Assembly (NCBI GenBank): GCA_048267165.1
Contig: JBLWYD010000001.1
Coordinates: 73 to 64,072, forward strand
Source: Bacteroidota bacterium
GTDB taxonomy: Bacteria > Bacteroidota > Ignavibacteria > Kapaibacteriales > UBA2268
DNA length: 64,000 nt
Reading direction: 5' to 3'
Below the pieces are notes generated by a model. The model was not told where the DNA came from. It was given only the letters and a program-made list of their open reading frames with translations, and did not search any database. Below, in pieces: positions 18,071-28,600 of this stretch. The translations under genes were made by a program, and so were the position numbers. Each line of letters begins with the position of its first letter. Position 1 is the stretch's first letter.

Positions 18071-19284
18071 ACTTCATTCAAGAATTTCACTATAGAAAAA
18101 CCGATTTCCTTTGCCAAATTAACTGGTACAGCATTACCTATTTGCTTATACTGTTGTGATACCGAACCAGCGAATTCCCAATTATCAGGGAATGTCTGAA
18201 TACGTGCATATTCTCGAACTGTGAAAGGTCTAGTCTCGTCTGGATGACATCTTTCAGTTTGCTTTTGAGCTGGGCTACAAGTCAACGTTAGACAAGGTTC
18301 ATCCCAACCGATTCTACGAGCCATACCTGTTTTGCCACCACCTAGATAAAAGCTGCCGCCCATATATTCTTTTTGCAATTCTAATGGGAGGTCACGCCAA
18401 TATCCCTTAGGTGGGATTAAATCGAGTATTACTTTTTTAGATTTGGGGTATTGTGTTCCTTTTGATACGGGTACATCACAATCGAAAAGCTCTCCTTTCT
18501 TAAGAGCATCTTCTAGCGTATATATTTTTCTGAACGCTTTTGGATATTCGAATTCTATATCTAAATCCTTGCGGATACCTACTAATATCAATCGTTCACG
18601 TTTCTGAGGAACATTGTAATTAATAGCTTTTAGAACTTGAATAGGCATAACTCGATAACCAATTTCATCAAGAATTGATATCATCCCTTGGAGTGTTTTA
18701 CCTTTCTCGTGACTGAGCAAGCCGCGAACATTTTCACCAATGCAAATAGGTGGTTTTACTTCGTCTATTACTCTCGCAAATTCGTAGAACAGAGTACCAC
18801 GAGCATCTTCTAACCCCAGTTTTTTACCTGCATAACTAAAGGCTTGGCAAGGGAATCCTCCAGTAACTATATCAACTTTTCCATTATACTTTTTGAATTT
18901 ATAGTCTTTTATATCACCTTCTAAAACTTCCCATTTTGGGCGATTAGTTCTTAGGGTTTCGCAAGCCCATTTGTCTATTTCATTGAGGGCGACACAGCTA
19001 AGACCAGCTTTCTCTAGTCCAAGAGCAAGTCCACCTGCTCCTGCAAATAGTTCCAAGACATTATATTTATTATCTGCCTCGACGAAATTGAGATTAGTAT
19101 CATCTTCTTCCTCTATCAGACCTAGAAACGATTCAATGTCCCCACGTCTATATACGCGATAATTAGAAACTGGCTCACGCACGGCTTCAAATATACCTTC
19201 TCTGTCCCATCTTCTTAGGGTTTCTTTGCTCTTCCCGATTAGGTCGGAAGTCTCAGATAATGATAAATAATCTTTCATAACCAT
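18016..19284 (-). CDS. DNA (cytosine-5)-methyltransferase with an N-terminal MerR-like HTH
   Basis: Motif I ELFAGAGGLALG, motif IV GGFPCQAFS, ENV, QKRERL and motif X GNAVP are present. The N-terminus is LSLSETSDLIGKSKETLRRWDREG. Confidence 0.93.
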   Translation of the reverse strand: MVMKDYLSLSETSDLIGKSKETLRRWDREGIFEAVREPVSNYRVYRRGDIESFLGLIEEEDDTNLNFVEADNKYNVLELFAGAGGLALGLEKAGLSCVALNEIDKWACETLRTNRPKWEVLEGDIKDYKFKKYNGKVDIVTGGFPCQAFSYAGKKLGLEDARGTLFYEFARVIDEVKPPICIGENVRGLLSHEKGKTLQGMISILDEIGYRVMPIQVLKAINYNVPQKRERLILVGIRKDLDIEFEYPKAFRKIYTLEDALKKGELFDCDVPVSKGTQYPKSKKVILDLIPPKGYWRDLPLELQKEYMGGSFYLGGGKTGMARRIGWDEPCLTLTCSPAQKQTERCHPDETRPFTVREYARIQTFPDNWEFAGSVSQQYKQIGNAVPVNLAKEIGFSIVKFLNEVYAKSNKSEALISSASAV

Positions 19285-19368
19285 CTTATTAAACGTTATA
19301 CATTGGTTACAAATTTAATGATTATTTATTCAAATCCAAATAGGTTTTTATGATTGTTGAAATTTACT

Positions 19369-19398
19369 CGCGGTTGGGGTGAGGGATTTTTTTTGTAT
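19369..19398 (+). repeat. right copy of the 30-bp direct repeat bracketing the Type II R-M cassette
   Basis: CGCGGTTGGGGTGAGGGATTTTTTTTGTAT. Only the 3' half of the icd terminator is duplicated here. Confidence 0.85.
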
Positions 19399-19539
19399 TA
19401 TCGCTAGCGTAGTTTTGTAAGATTAGTTACGAGATTTAAGCTTTAAAATTAGCGAATAAAACACAAATAGAGTTCGTGAGGACTTACATAATTAGTCTTT
19501 TACCAGCAATTAATTCTATTCTGTGTTGAGATAGTATTT

Positions 19540-20349
19540 TTAATATTCTCTTGGTATTAAAGCAAACCATTTTTTCTCTTTTCCTTTATTGTCTTTATAT
19601 TTATACCCTTCTTTCCATAAAATAGGCATACTATTATTTGGAGGAGAATAGAAAAAACTAACTAAAAGACCTCTATCATAATCGAGGTTACCTGGATTTT
19701 TTAACTTTTTATTAAGATTGATTAATTTTTTTTTAAACTTATCGGGAAAGGTTTTACAATTTTCTGTATAATGCTGAAAATCACTTTCTATCAATTCAAT
19801 CCCATTAATCACCTTGAAGTTTGTTTCTGTAGAAACTTTTTGTATTCCCTCTGAAGTTGCACAAATTGTTAGTAGGTAGGGCTTGTGACTTGGATTTATA
19901 AGTAAATTTAATTTATCTAAAATATATTTCGTTGATTGAGTTCCTGTTCCAATTAAGTCTTCTACAAATATTATAGTACTTTCTTCAGGTAATTTACTTA
20001 AATCCCAACCATTCACGAAATTTTTACTATTGAATAATTTGGTATGTCTAAATTCATAAGCAATTTTCCCACCACTTTTCCCCTCACTACCAAATGAAGT
20101 TATGTATAGATTATCTACATTAAATACTTCTGAATTATTCTCTACAATATCGTGAATTACAGATCTAATTCTTTGTGCATCAAATATTTCAATATTATCG
20201 AGTAACTTTAGAATTTCTAGCCAGTTAAGATTAGTTTGAGATTTAAATTTGGGTACAGAGTTTGGTCGATAACTCTGACAACGAATTAACTTTTGTTCAA
20301 TTTTGTTAACTCCAAGAAACTTGTAAATAATAGAATCTATCTTTTCCAT
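19540..20349 (-). CDS. phosphoribosyltransferase (PRTase)-fold protein of unknown specificity
   Basis: A PRPP-loop-like motif TIIFVEDLIGTGTQST sits behind a ~110-aa unknown N-terminal region. The gene starts 3 nt after the ParB-like gene stop. Confidence 0.6.
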   Translation of the reverse strand: MEKIDSIIYKFLGVNKIEQKLIRCQSYRPNSVPKFKSQTNLNWLEILKLLDNIEIFDAQRIRSVIHDIVENNSEVFNVDNLYITSFGSEGKSGGKIAYEFRHTKLFNSKNFVNGWDLSKLPEESTIIFVEDLIGTGTQSTKYILDKLNLLINPSHKPYLLTICATSEGIQKVSTETNFKVINGIELIESDFQHYTENCKTFPDKFKKKLINLNKKLKNPGNLDYDRGLLVSFFYSPPNNSMPILWKEGYKYKDNKGKEKKWFALIPREY

Positions 20350-20352
20350 ATT

Positions 20353-21285
20353 TTAATCGATAGATTCTATTATTGCATCTAATCTTCTTTGTAATTGTTT
20401 AAGCTGGTCTTCAAAATATAAATCACTAATAAGGTCTGTATTTATTTGATCTAAATTAGTGTTTAAGTAAGAAATATATTTTAGTATGTTTTTCCGATTT
20501 CGTTCCTCTTCAAGATCCTCACTTACAAAAATTTCTAAACCAATGTCATTATTGATAAATTCAATAATTTTATTAACGAATTCTTGGAAATTATTTGATT
20601 TTTCATAAAAGCCAAGAGCCTTTCTAATTTCTCGAAGTTCTTTTACATCGCTTAAATGTTTCTGCTCTTTAAATTTAACTATACATTTATCTACAAAAAA
20701 ACTAATTCCTTCAGGGTACTTAAATTCAGGTTCATAACTTAATCTATTTGCGATTGGATATAATTCAATGAAAAAATCAGTCGATATTCTACCACCTTTT
20801 TCCATTAATACATCTCTATACTTTGGTGGGTACCAAAGCAAGGCTTTACATCTCCTTATCGTGGATCTGCTTACGCCTGTGAATTCATTAAGAACTGTTT
20901 CGCTTTCCGTCCCTAATTTGTCAATAATTATTTCCAATTTTAATGCAGTTGGAAAAAGAGCCCATTCCTTTCTAAAATGATGGATGTTAAACATAAATAA
21001 GATGTTTTGAGTGATATCTTTCGGTTCATCAATCACATTTGCAGGGATCGTTTCTAAACCTAATTCCGTTGCACATCTCCATCTTCTTTCGCCATCAAGA
21101 ATAATATATTCTTCTTTAGGGAATTCTTTTGAATTCTTATAAACAGTTAATGGCACTAAAATTCCAACTTTTGAAATAGAATTTTTTAAATCATTCAATT
21201 CGTTTGGTTCGAAAATTAAACGCGGATTGTATGGGTTAGGAGCAATTTCAGAAACCCTTATCTCTCTTAATGTTTTATTTTCCAT
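20353..21285 (-). CDS. ParB/Srx-fold N-terminal domain protein with HTH and a coiled-coil C-terminus
   Basis: IRVSEIAPNPYNPR, GILVPLTV and ILDGERRWRCA (ParB GERRxRA arginine patch) are present, along with the HTH-like TGVSRSTIRR. No ParA partner is seen. Confidence 0.75.
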   Translation of the reverse strand: MENKTLREIRVSEIAPNPYNPRLIFEPNELNDLKNSISKVGILVPLTVYKNSKEFPKEEYIILDGERRWRCATELGLETIPANVIDEPKDITQNILFMFNIHHFRKEWALFPTALKLEIIIDKLGTESETVLNEFTGVSRSTIRRCKALLWYPPKYRDVLMEKGGRISTDFFIELYPIANRLSYEPEFKYPEGISFFVDKCIVKFKEQKHLSDVKELREIRKALGFYEKSNNFQEFVNKIIEFINNDIGLEIFVSEDLEEERNRKNILKYISYLNTNLDQINTDLISDLYFEDQLKQLQRRLDAIIESID

Positions 21286-21449
21286 TCTATACCCGAGTGT
21301 TTTTTATATATTATGCCCAACTATTCAGATTTACGAAAATTCGTATATCATTATACTACTAATATACCAAAAAAAACAATCCCCCAATCAACCCCACCAA
21401 AAAATATTCCCCTTTCATCTTTCCCTCTCTTACCTTAATTTACCAGTCT

Positions 21450-22664
21450 ATGAAAAACAAAGAACAAATAAAAGCAGACATAATAGCCAATCTATTCAGC
21501 AAGCATAGAATGGGTATAAAACCTGGGTTGGAGCGAACTATTGCTCTTGCCGAGGCGATGGGCAACCCACAAAAGGGTTACGACACTATCCACGTAGCTG
21601 GGACTAATGGCAAGGGTAGCACTTGCTCGGTGGCTAGTTCTATACTGATAGAATCGGGGCGGAAAGTGGGGCTATATACTTCGCCGCATATCAAGGATTT
21701 CAACGAACGGATTAGGGTCAATGGCGTTGCTATTACAGATGATGAGCTGATAGAATATGCCGAGAAATTGCTCCCGATCGCCGAAGAAATGGACGCTACG
21801 TTTTTCGAAATTACTACCGTTATGGCGTTTATGTATTTCGCTGATAGGTGTGTCGATATCGCGGTTATAGAGACTGGTATGGGTGGGCAATTCGACAGTA
21901 CGAATATCCTCAATCCCAAAGTCTGCGTTATCACTGATATTGATATGGATCACGAGGAGTTCCTCGGCGATACGATAGAGAAAATTGCATTCGAAAAAGC
22001 TGGAATTATCAAGCCAAATACACCGATTATGACTACTAATGAATCGGCTGAAGTGCTCGCAGTAATCCGAGAAAAAGCCACTAAAGAGAATGCAGAGCTG
22101 ACACTATCGGAAGTTCAAACTAATGATGAAGTCGCTACTGCTATCCGCTCCAAATTCATCAGTCACTCGTTTATCAAGAACTACTCGGCAGCTCTGTTGG
22201 CTTGCGAGGTTTTTCTCGGTCAGCCAATAAGCACCGATACACAAACAAAAGCAATTGCTAATATAGAGAAGAACTCGGGCTACTTTGCTCGGTTGCAGAT
22301 GATAAGCCATGAGCCGTACTGCATACTCGATATTTCGCACTCGGTGGCTGCTGCGAAAAACCTAGTCGAGTCATTGCAATCAACTTTCATAGACAAAAAA
22401 TGGACGATTATATTAGCACTGATGAGCGACAAAGATTACCGCGGAATAATAGATGAATTAGCAGAAATTTCAGACCTGATGATACTCACGCAAGTCGAGA
22501 ACGAGCGCTCTATGTCAGCCATTGACCTGAGCTACTATGCCGAGTCTAGAGGAATAAACTCGATGATAATGATAGACCCGAAAAGAGCTAAGAAATTCGC
22601 TTTTGATAGTAAGCTAGATTGTGTTATCACTGGGTCGTTTTACTTAGCAGCTGAGGTTTTTTGA
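21450..22664 (+). CDS. folC: bifunctional folylpolyglutamate synthase / dihydrofolate synthase
   Basis: HVAGTNGKGST P-loop, a Mur-ligase family pattern, and DMDHEEFLG. Confidence 0.88.
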   Translation: MKNKEQIKADIIANLFSKHRMGIKPGLERTIALAEAMGNPQKGYDTIHVAGTNGKGSTCSVASSILIESGRKVGLYTSPHIKDFNERIRVNGVAITDDELIEYAEKLLPIAEEMDATFFEITTVMAFMYFADRCVDIAVIETGMGGQFDSTNILNPKVCVITDIDMDHEEFLGDTIEKIAFEKAGIIKPNTPIMTTNESAEVLAVIREKATKENAELTLSEVQTNDEVATAIRSKFISHSFIKNYSAALLACEVFLGQPISTDTQTKAIANIEKNSGYFARLQMISHEPYCILDISHSVAAAKNLVESLQSTFIDKKWTIILALMSDKDYRGIIDELAEISDLMILTQVENERSMSAIDLSYYAESRGINSMIMIDPKRAKKFAFDSKLDCVITGSFYLAAEVF

Positions 22665-22887
22665 GGATAGTTTTTATTGGTTCGAACTTCATGAAGACCA
22701 CAAAGTGTGGTAGCCCAAAAAATTCTAATGAAAGAACTCCTGCGGAGTTGAATATTATTTATTCTTTACCCTTCACTTTCAAGTAACCGCCCATATATTT
22801 ACACGCTACAATTAAAAATACTTTCTTGTCTCTAAATAATTATTATATTAGTAAAATGAAAATTAAGAAAAAAAGAGAAACTTAAAA

Positions 22888-24057
22888 ATGCCGTTTTATC
22901 ATAAGCTTGGGATTATGCCCAGCCCGAAACATACTGCTTTCAGAAAGCCCGATGGCAGTCTATATACAGAAGAATTAATAAGCACAAAAGGTTTTTCCGA
23001 TGTGTATAGCAACAAATATCATATTCATCCTCCTACGAAAGTACTTAGGATAAATGAATTACCCGATATTGATTTGCGCCTGTGGGAAAGCCCACCAGTT
23101 AAGCATATTCATTTCTACACTGATAAGTTGAAAAAAGATGGTGATTTCTTCGATTCACGTATTCCATATTTGCGAAATGATCACGTTGTTGTTTACACGG
23201 CGCACCCCAATAAGAATCCAAAAGACTTTTATAAGAATGCTTATGCGAGTGAATTTGTGTTTGTACACAGAGGTAGCGGTAAGTTATTAACTGACTACGG
23301 TGTTATACATTTCGTAGCTGGCGACCAGATTGTTATCCCTATGGGAACTGTGCACCAGATGGTATTCGATGATTTGAAAGACAACAAGCTATTCATAGTA
23401 GAATCGTCTTCTGCTTTCGAAATACCGAAGCATTATCGTAACCAATATGGTCAATGCGCAGAAGATGCACCGTATAGCGAGCGAGATTTCAAGATTCCCT
23501 CTGAGCTAGAAGTTCACGATGAAAAAGGTGAGTTCATAATCAGATTGAAAGCTGGTAAAAAGATGTACGAATATGTACACCCATATCATCCATTCGATAT
23601 AGTCGGTTGGGACGGTTATCACTATCCTTGGGCATTCAATATTCGTGATTATCATCCGAAAGTTGGTCGTATTCACTTGCCACCTCCTATACATTTGCTA
23701 TATAATACTGAGCATTTTGTACTATGTAATTTTAACCCACGTCCATTCGACTGGTACCCAGATGCAATAGCTGCACCCTACTTCCATACGAATGTAGATA
23801 GTGCGGAGATGCTATACTATGTAGAAGGCGACTTTATGTCTCGTTCTGGAGTAGATCAGGGGTCAATTACTTTGCACCCTATTGGGTTGCCACATGGCCC
23901 ACAACCGGGTAAGACGGAAGCTTCTATCGGTGTAAAAGAGACTGAAGAATATGCTATTATGCTTGATACTTTTGGGGCATTGTACCCGACTTACAATGTA
24001 AATGATTGCGAAGATGAAGAATATTACAGAAGCTGGCTAGAAGCTGGCGATAAATAG
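22888..24057 (+). CDS. hmgA: homogentisate 1,2-dioxygenase
   Basis: The length and cupin-type pattern are typical of the ~390-aa FCB-group HGD form (N-terminal YHKLGxxPxxKHT, C-terminal LHPxGxPHGP). Confidence 0.75.
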   Translation: MPFYHKLGIMPSPKHTAFRKPDGSLYTEELISTKGFSDVYSNKYHIHPPTKVLRINELPDIDLRLWESPPVKHIHFYTDKLKKDGDFFDSRIPYLRNDHVVVYTAHPNKNPKDFYKNAYASEFVFVHRGSGKLLTDYGVIHFVAGDQIVIPMGTVHQMVFDDLKDNKLFIVESSSAFEIPKHYRNQYGQCAEDAPYSERDFKIPSELEVHDEKGEFIIRLKAGKKMYEYVHPYHPFDIVGWDGYHYPWAFNIRDYHPKVGRIHLPPPIHLLYNTEHFVLCNFNPRPFDWYPDAIAAPYFHTNVDSAEMLYYVEGDFMSRSGVDQGSITLHPIGLPHGPQPGKTEASIGVKETEEYAIMLDTFGALYPTYNVNDCEDEEYYRSWLEAGDK

Positions 24058-24066
24058 GAAATAATT

Positions 24067-24531
24067 ATGAAATACTTTGTAGCTGGACAGAAGAAAGAGT
24101 CTATATTTAGCAAAAGAAAGAATAGAATAATACTTTTAGGAGTAGGGTTAGCCTTAATAGCTATACCTTCACTTATCTATTTTGGTTTTAAAGAAGCTTT
24201 ATTTCAAATTGTACCGACACTTGTCATTTTTGCAATATTCGATTTTTTTATGTCAAGAATGCCTGCAAAAGAGTTTGTAACTAGTCTGGAGTTTACTGAC
24301 AGTGACATAAACGTTGGTTATCATTTTGAGAAACACAATCAAAGTATTTCGATTTCAGAGATTAGAGATATAACACGTTCTGCGAACGAACTAACTATAC
24401 ACAGCAAGAATGATAATACTATATTAGTCTTGCTTACTAACTTCTCTTACGCTGACATACAGTCGATAAAAGTAGATGTAGATGGTGTGAATTCGAGAAT
24501 AGAATGTTCGGAAAGTCCAGCTTATGTGTAG
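24067..24531 (+). CDS. hypothetical membrane protein (two N-terminal TM helices)
   Basis: The hydrophobic segments IILLGVGLALIAIPSLIYFGF and IVPTLVIFAIFDFFM are present. No family is recognised. Confidence 0.5.
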   Translation: MKYFVAGQKKESIFSKRKNRIILLGVGLALIAIPSLIYFGFKEALFQIVPTLVIFAIFDFFMSRMPAKEFVTSLEFTDSDINVGYHFEKHNQSISISEIRDITRSANELTIHSKNDNTILVLLTNFSYADIQSIKVDVDGVNSRIECSESPAYV

Positions 24532-24572
24532 TGATTTGCAACTATTCGAATCAAAAATCGTCTTAAACGCCT

Positions 24573-25466
24573 ATGGATGATCACAGAAAGTATTTAGACC
24601 CCAAAGCCACTGCCGAGCTAAAGGGCATAGACCTAAAAGCACGCATGGTAGTAGAAGGATTCATAACGGGTTTGCACAAATCGCCGTATCATGGCTTCAG
24701 TGTAGAGTTTGCAGAACACCGCCCATATCGTGCAGGTGATGAGGTGAAGAACATAGATTGGAAGGTTTATGGGCGTTCTAATCGCTATTATGTAAAGCAA
24801 TACGAAGAGGAAACGAACCTACGAGCTACAATACTTGTAGATATTTCTGCATCTATGGGATTTGCATCAGAAGGGCATATACCGAAGGCGGAATATGCGT
24901 CATACTTGGCGGCTTCGCTGGGATATATGATGATGAAGCAACGCGATTCTGTGGGGTTAGCACTATATGATAAAGAGGTAAAGACCTATCTTCCATCCAA
25001 ATCAAAACCGTCATATCTGAACCTTATTCTCAAAGCATTGGAAGGCATAGAAACTACTGATGAGACTCATACAGCATCAGCTCTAGATCAGCTAGCTGAT
25101 AGAATAAAACGACGTGGGTTGATAATAATTATATCAGATCTATTCGATGATATTGACTCAATTAGCTCTGCCCTGAAGCACTTCCGTCACAAAGAAAATG
25201 AAGTTATTTTGTTCCAACTATTAGACCCTCGAGAACTGGATTTTGATTTCGGACGTTCGGCTAAGTTCATTGACTTAGAATCTAAAGAAGAGATGGTAAC
25301 AAACAGCCATCAGCTAAAAGAATCATACCAAAAAGCTGTTCAAGATTTCATTGACAAAATCAAGAATGTCTGCTACAGCCAAAATGTGGACTACAACTTA
25401 GTAGTTACATCTGATCCATTCGACAAAGCTCTACGTGAGTTCTTGTCAAAAAGGGCGAAAGTTTAA
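24573..25466 (+). CDS. DUF58 (vWA-like) protein
   Basis: SPYHGFSVEFAEHRPYRAGDEVKNIDWKVYGRS and ILVDISASMGF are characteristic of DUF58. Confidence 0.85.
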   Translation: MDDHRKYLDPKATAELKGIDLKARMVVEGFITGLHKSPYHGFSVEFAEHRPYRAGDEVKNIDWKVYGRSNRYYVKQYEEETNLRATILVDISASMGFASEGHIPKAEYASYLAASLGYMMMKQRDSVGLALYDKEVKTYLPSKSKPSYLNLILKALEGIETTDETHTASALDQLADRIKRRGLIIIISDLFDDIDSISSALKHFRHKENEVILFQLLDPRELDFDFGRSAKFIDLESKEEMVTNSHQLKESYQKAVQDFIDKIKNVCYSQNVDYNLVVTSDPFDKALREFLSKRAKV

Positions 25467-25608
25467 CTAGATAGTATAAATACTGCATTTTACAGTGATG
25501 ATTAAGAGATAACATACGAGTTAACTTCAATCAAACAAATCACAACCTATAAAAAATGGCTATTCTCACGAACAGCCATTTGTATTAGCTTCTGTTATAT
25601 AAGAACGA

Positions 25609-28600
25609 TTATTCTTTCACGAATTGTACATAAACATTATCATTAATTCTGATAAAGTAAGTACCCGTTTCTAAATATTCGATACTTATATTCTGTACCA
25701 TTTGTGGAGCTAGGTTATTGTTAGATAATAATGCTTTTCCATTTAAGTCTAAAACAACTATAGAACTAATTCCTTTTTCGTAGCTTATGTTTATCTCTTC
25801 TTTCGCAGGGTTAGGGTATATGCTTAGCTTGTACTCAATTCCAAAATCATTAATGCTAGAGACTGTACTAACGTTCTCAGCACCCGGTGTAGGAGTCATA
25901 ACTCTGAAATCGCCAGTACCATTCGGATATCTTCCAACAGATATATCAGTCTCTTGACTACCAAAGTTAACAGAATCAATGATTGACAATTCAGCATTAG
26001 TTAGATATATTGATTCGCCACTTGCTGATAATTTGAGATCTGCGTGATAGCCTTCTTGTTCCATTTCTTTATCCGCCCATACTATTATATACCCATTCGG
26101 TTGAATCATAGTACCAGTAGGGAAAGTAAATAATGTAAAGTCAGTAATATCATCTGTTAGTGCATAGCCACCCAAATCAACTGCCACACTACCTTTATTA
26201 TATAGCTCTACCCAATCGTCGTAGCCGCCGTCTTGGTCTGCTAATGTTACTTCATTCGAAGCTAAGAACTCATTGATAACAATTTCACTTGGGACTACTA
26301 ATACAGTATTCATTGTACCTGGTGTAGGAGTCATAATTCTGAAATCACCAGTCCCGTTAGGTAATCTACCATAAGATATATCAGTCTCTTGACTACCAAA
26401 GTTAACAGAATCAATGATTGACAATTCAGCATTTGTAAGGTATAAAGACTCGCCACTTGTTGATAATTTGATATCCGCGTGAAATCCTTCTTGTTCCATT
26501 TCCTTATCAGCCCATACTATTATATATCCATCAGGTTGAATCATAGTACCAGTAGGGAAAGTAAATAATGTAAAGTCAGTAATATCATCTGTTAGTGCAT
26601 AGCCACCCAAATCAACTGCCACACTACCTTTGTTGTATATTTCTATCCAATCATCATAAGCGCCATCTTGGTCAGCTAGAGTTACTTCATTTGAAGCTAG
26701 GAACTCATTGATAACGATTTCATTAGCAGCTGTTCCTAACATATTCTCTGCACTCGGTGTAGGAGTCATTACTTTAAATTCACCAGTACCATTAGGAAAT
26801 CTACCATAAGAAATATCCGTTTCTTGGCTTCCAAAGTTAACAGAATCAATGATTGCTAATTCAGAATTTGTAAGGTACAGTGACTCACCACTTGCTGATA
26901 ATTTGAGATCTGCGTGAAATCCTTCTTGTTCCATTTCCTTATCTGCCCATACTATTATATACCCATTCGGTTGAATCATAGTGCCAGCAGGGAATGTAAA
27001 TAATGTAAAATCTGTGATATCATCAGTAAGTGAGTATCCTTCCAAATCAACTGTTACGCTACCTTTGTTATATATTTCTATCCAATCGTCATAAGCGCCA
27101 TCTTGGTCAGCTAAAGTTACTTCATTTGAGGCAAGGAATTCATTTATTACGATTTCACTTGCTGCTGATTCAACAGTGTTCATTGCACCCGGTGTTGGAG
27201 TCATAACTCTGAAATCGCCAGTACCATTCGGGTATCTTCCAACAGATATATCTGTTTCTTGACTACCAAAATTGACAGAATCGATAATTGATAATTCAGC
27301 ATTAGTTAGATATATTGATTCGCCACTTGCTGATAATTTGAGATCTGCGTGATAGCCTTCTTGTTCCATTTCCTTATCTGCCCAAACTACTATATACTCA
27401 TTTGGTTGAATCATAGTACCAGTAGGGAATGTAAATAATGTAAAATCAGTGATATCATCAGTAAGTGAGTATCCTTCCAAATCAACTGTTACGCTACCTT
27501 TGTTGTATATTTCTATCCAATCGTCGTAACCGCCGTCTTGGTCAGCTATAGTAACATCATTCGATGCCAAAAACTCATTTATTACTATATCACCTTCAGC
27601 AGTTTCAATACTAGATTTGATTGAGTAAAATTCGTGTTCTGCATTAGTAGGTGAGAATTTTCCAATTGTACTGTTTTCAGCATATATATAATATTCCGTT
27701 ATTGCTGATTCTATCGTAATCTCTGCACCATATACATTATCATTTGCAGCGCCATCATTATGCTGACCATCATCATACATAGTTACTTTACTAAATGGTG
27801 CTCTATCTTGTGTTCTATATCTTAATACTACGGCATCTTCATTTACTACGTTAGCAGTTATACCTATTTTATTACCAACTTTAGGAGTACTAGTAGAAGT
27901 TTTAATGTCTGATATTGTTGGCTCAGTTGTAGAAAAATCACTTAATCCCATCAGGTAAGAATATCTACCATTCATCAAAGTAGTGATACCAGGTGTAGAG
28001 CTACCCGGACCAGGACCACCACCACCAGAAATATCTGATGTTAGATTAGAGACAAAGTTATTGTAAGTATAGAATTTGTTCTGGTCTGCTTGTACGTGAG
28101 CATCAATAATAGCTTGCATAGCTAGACCTTCAGTATAGTATAGCCCATTATTAGTGAAGTTATCAGTTAGGAATGTTTTGCAATGCGCTAAATACATTTT
28201 CTTATAAGTTGGGACACTCAATAATTGACTTATAAGTGGGTATGAAGCATCATTTGAATGAAGTAAATGATCTAATCTTTGTTTAGATGCAGTGTTATTC
28301 AGATTCCCAGAACCAGACATAGAGAATGTACCTATAGACTCGTTCAAGTCCCATACAACTGGTATAAATCTACCATTGTCATCTCTGTATAAGTAATAAT
28401 TCTGTGCGAATCCACCAATATAGCTATCTAAGTTTACAATCATATTATCGAAAGCTAACATCCATAAAGCTCTATCTACATCAAGGATTTTTTCTATATC
28501 AGCAACGTTATTTTTTAATGTATCACATAGGTCAATTAGCTCATCCCACCCAGTATCCGATTTCAATTCGTAAGCACTGTAATACTGAGAACTGTCATTG

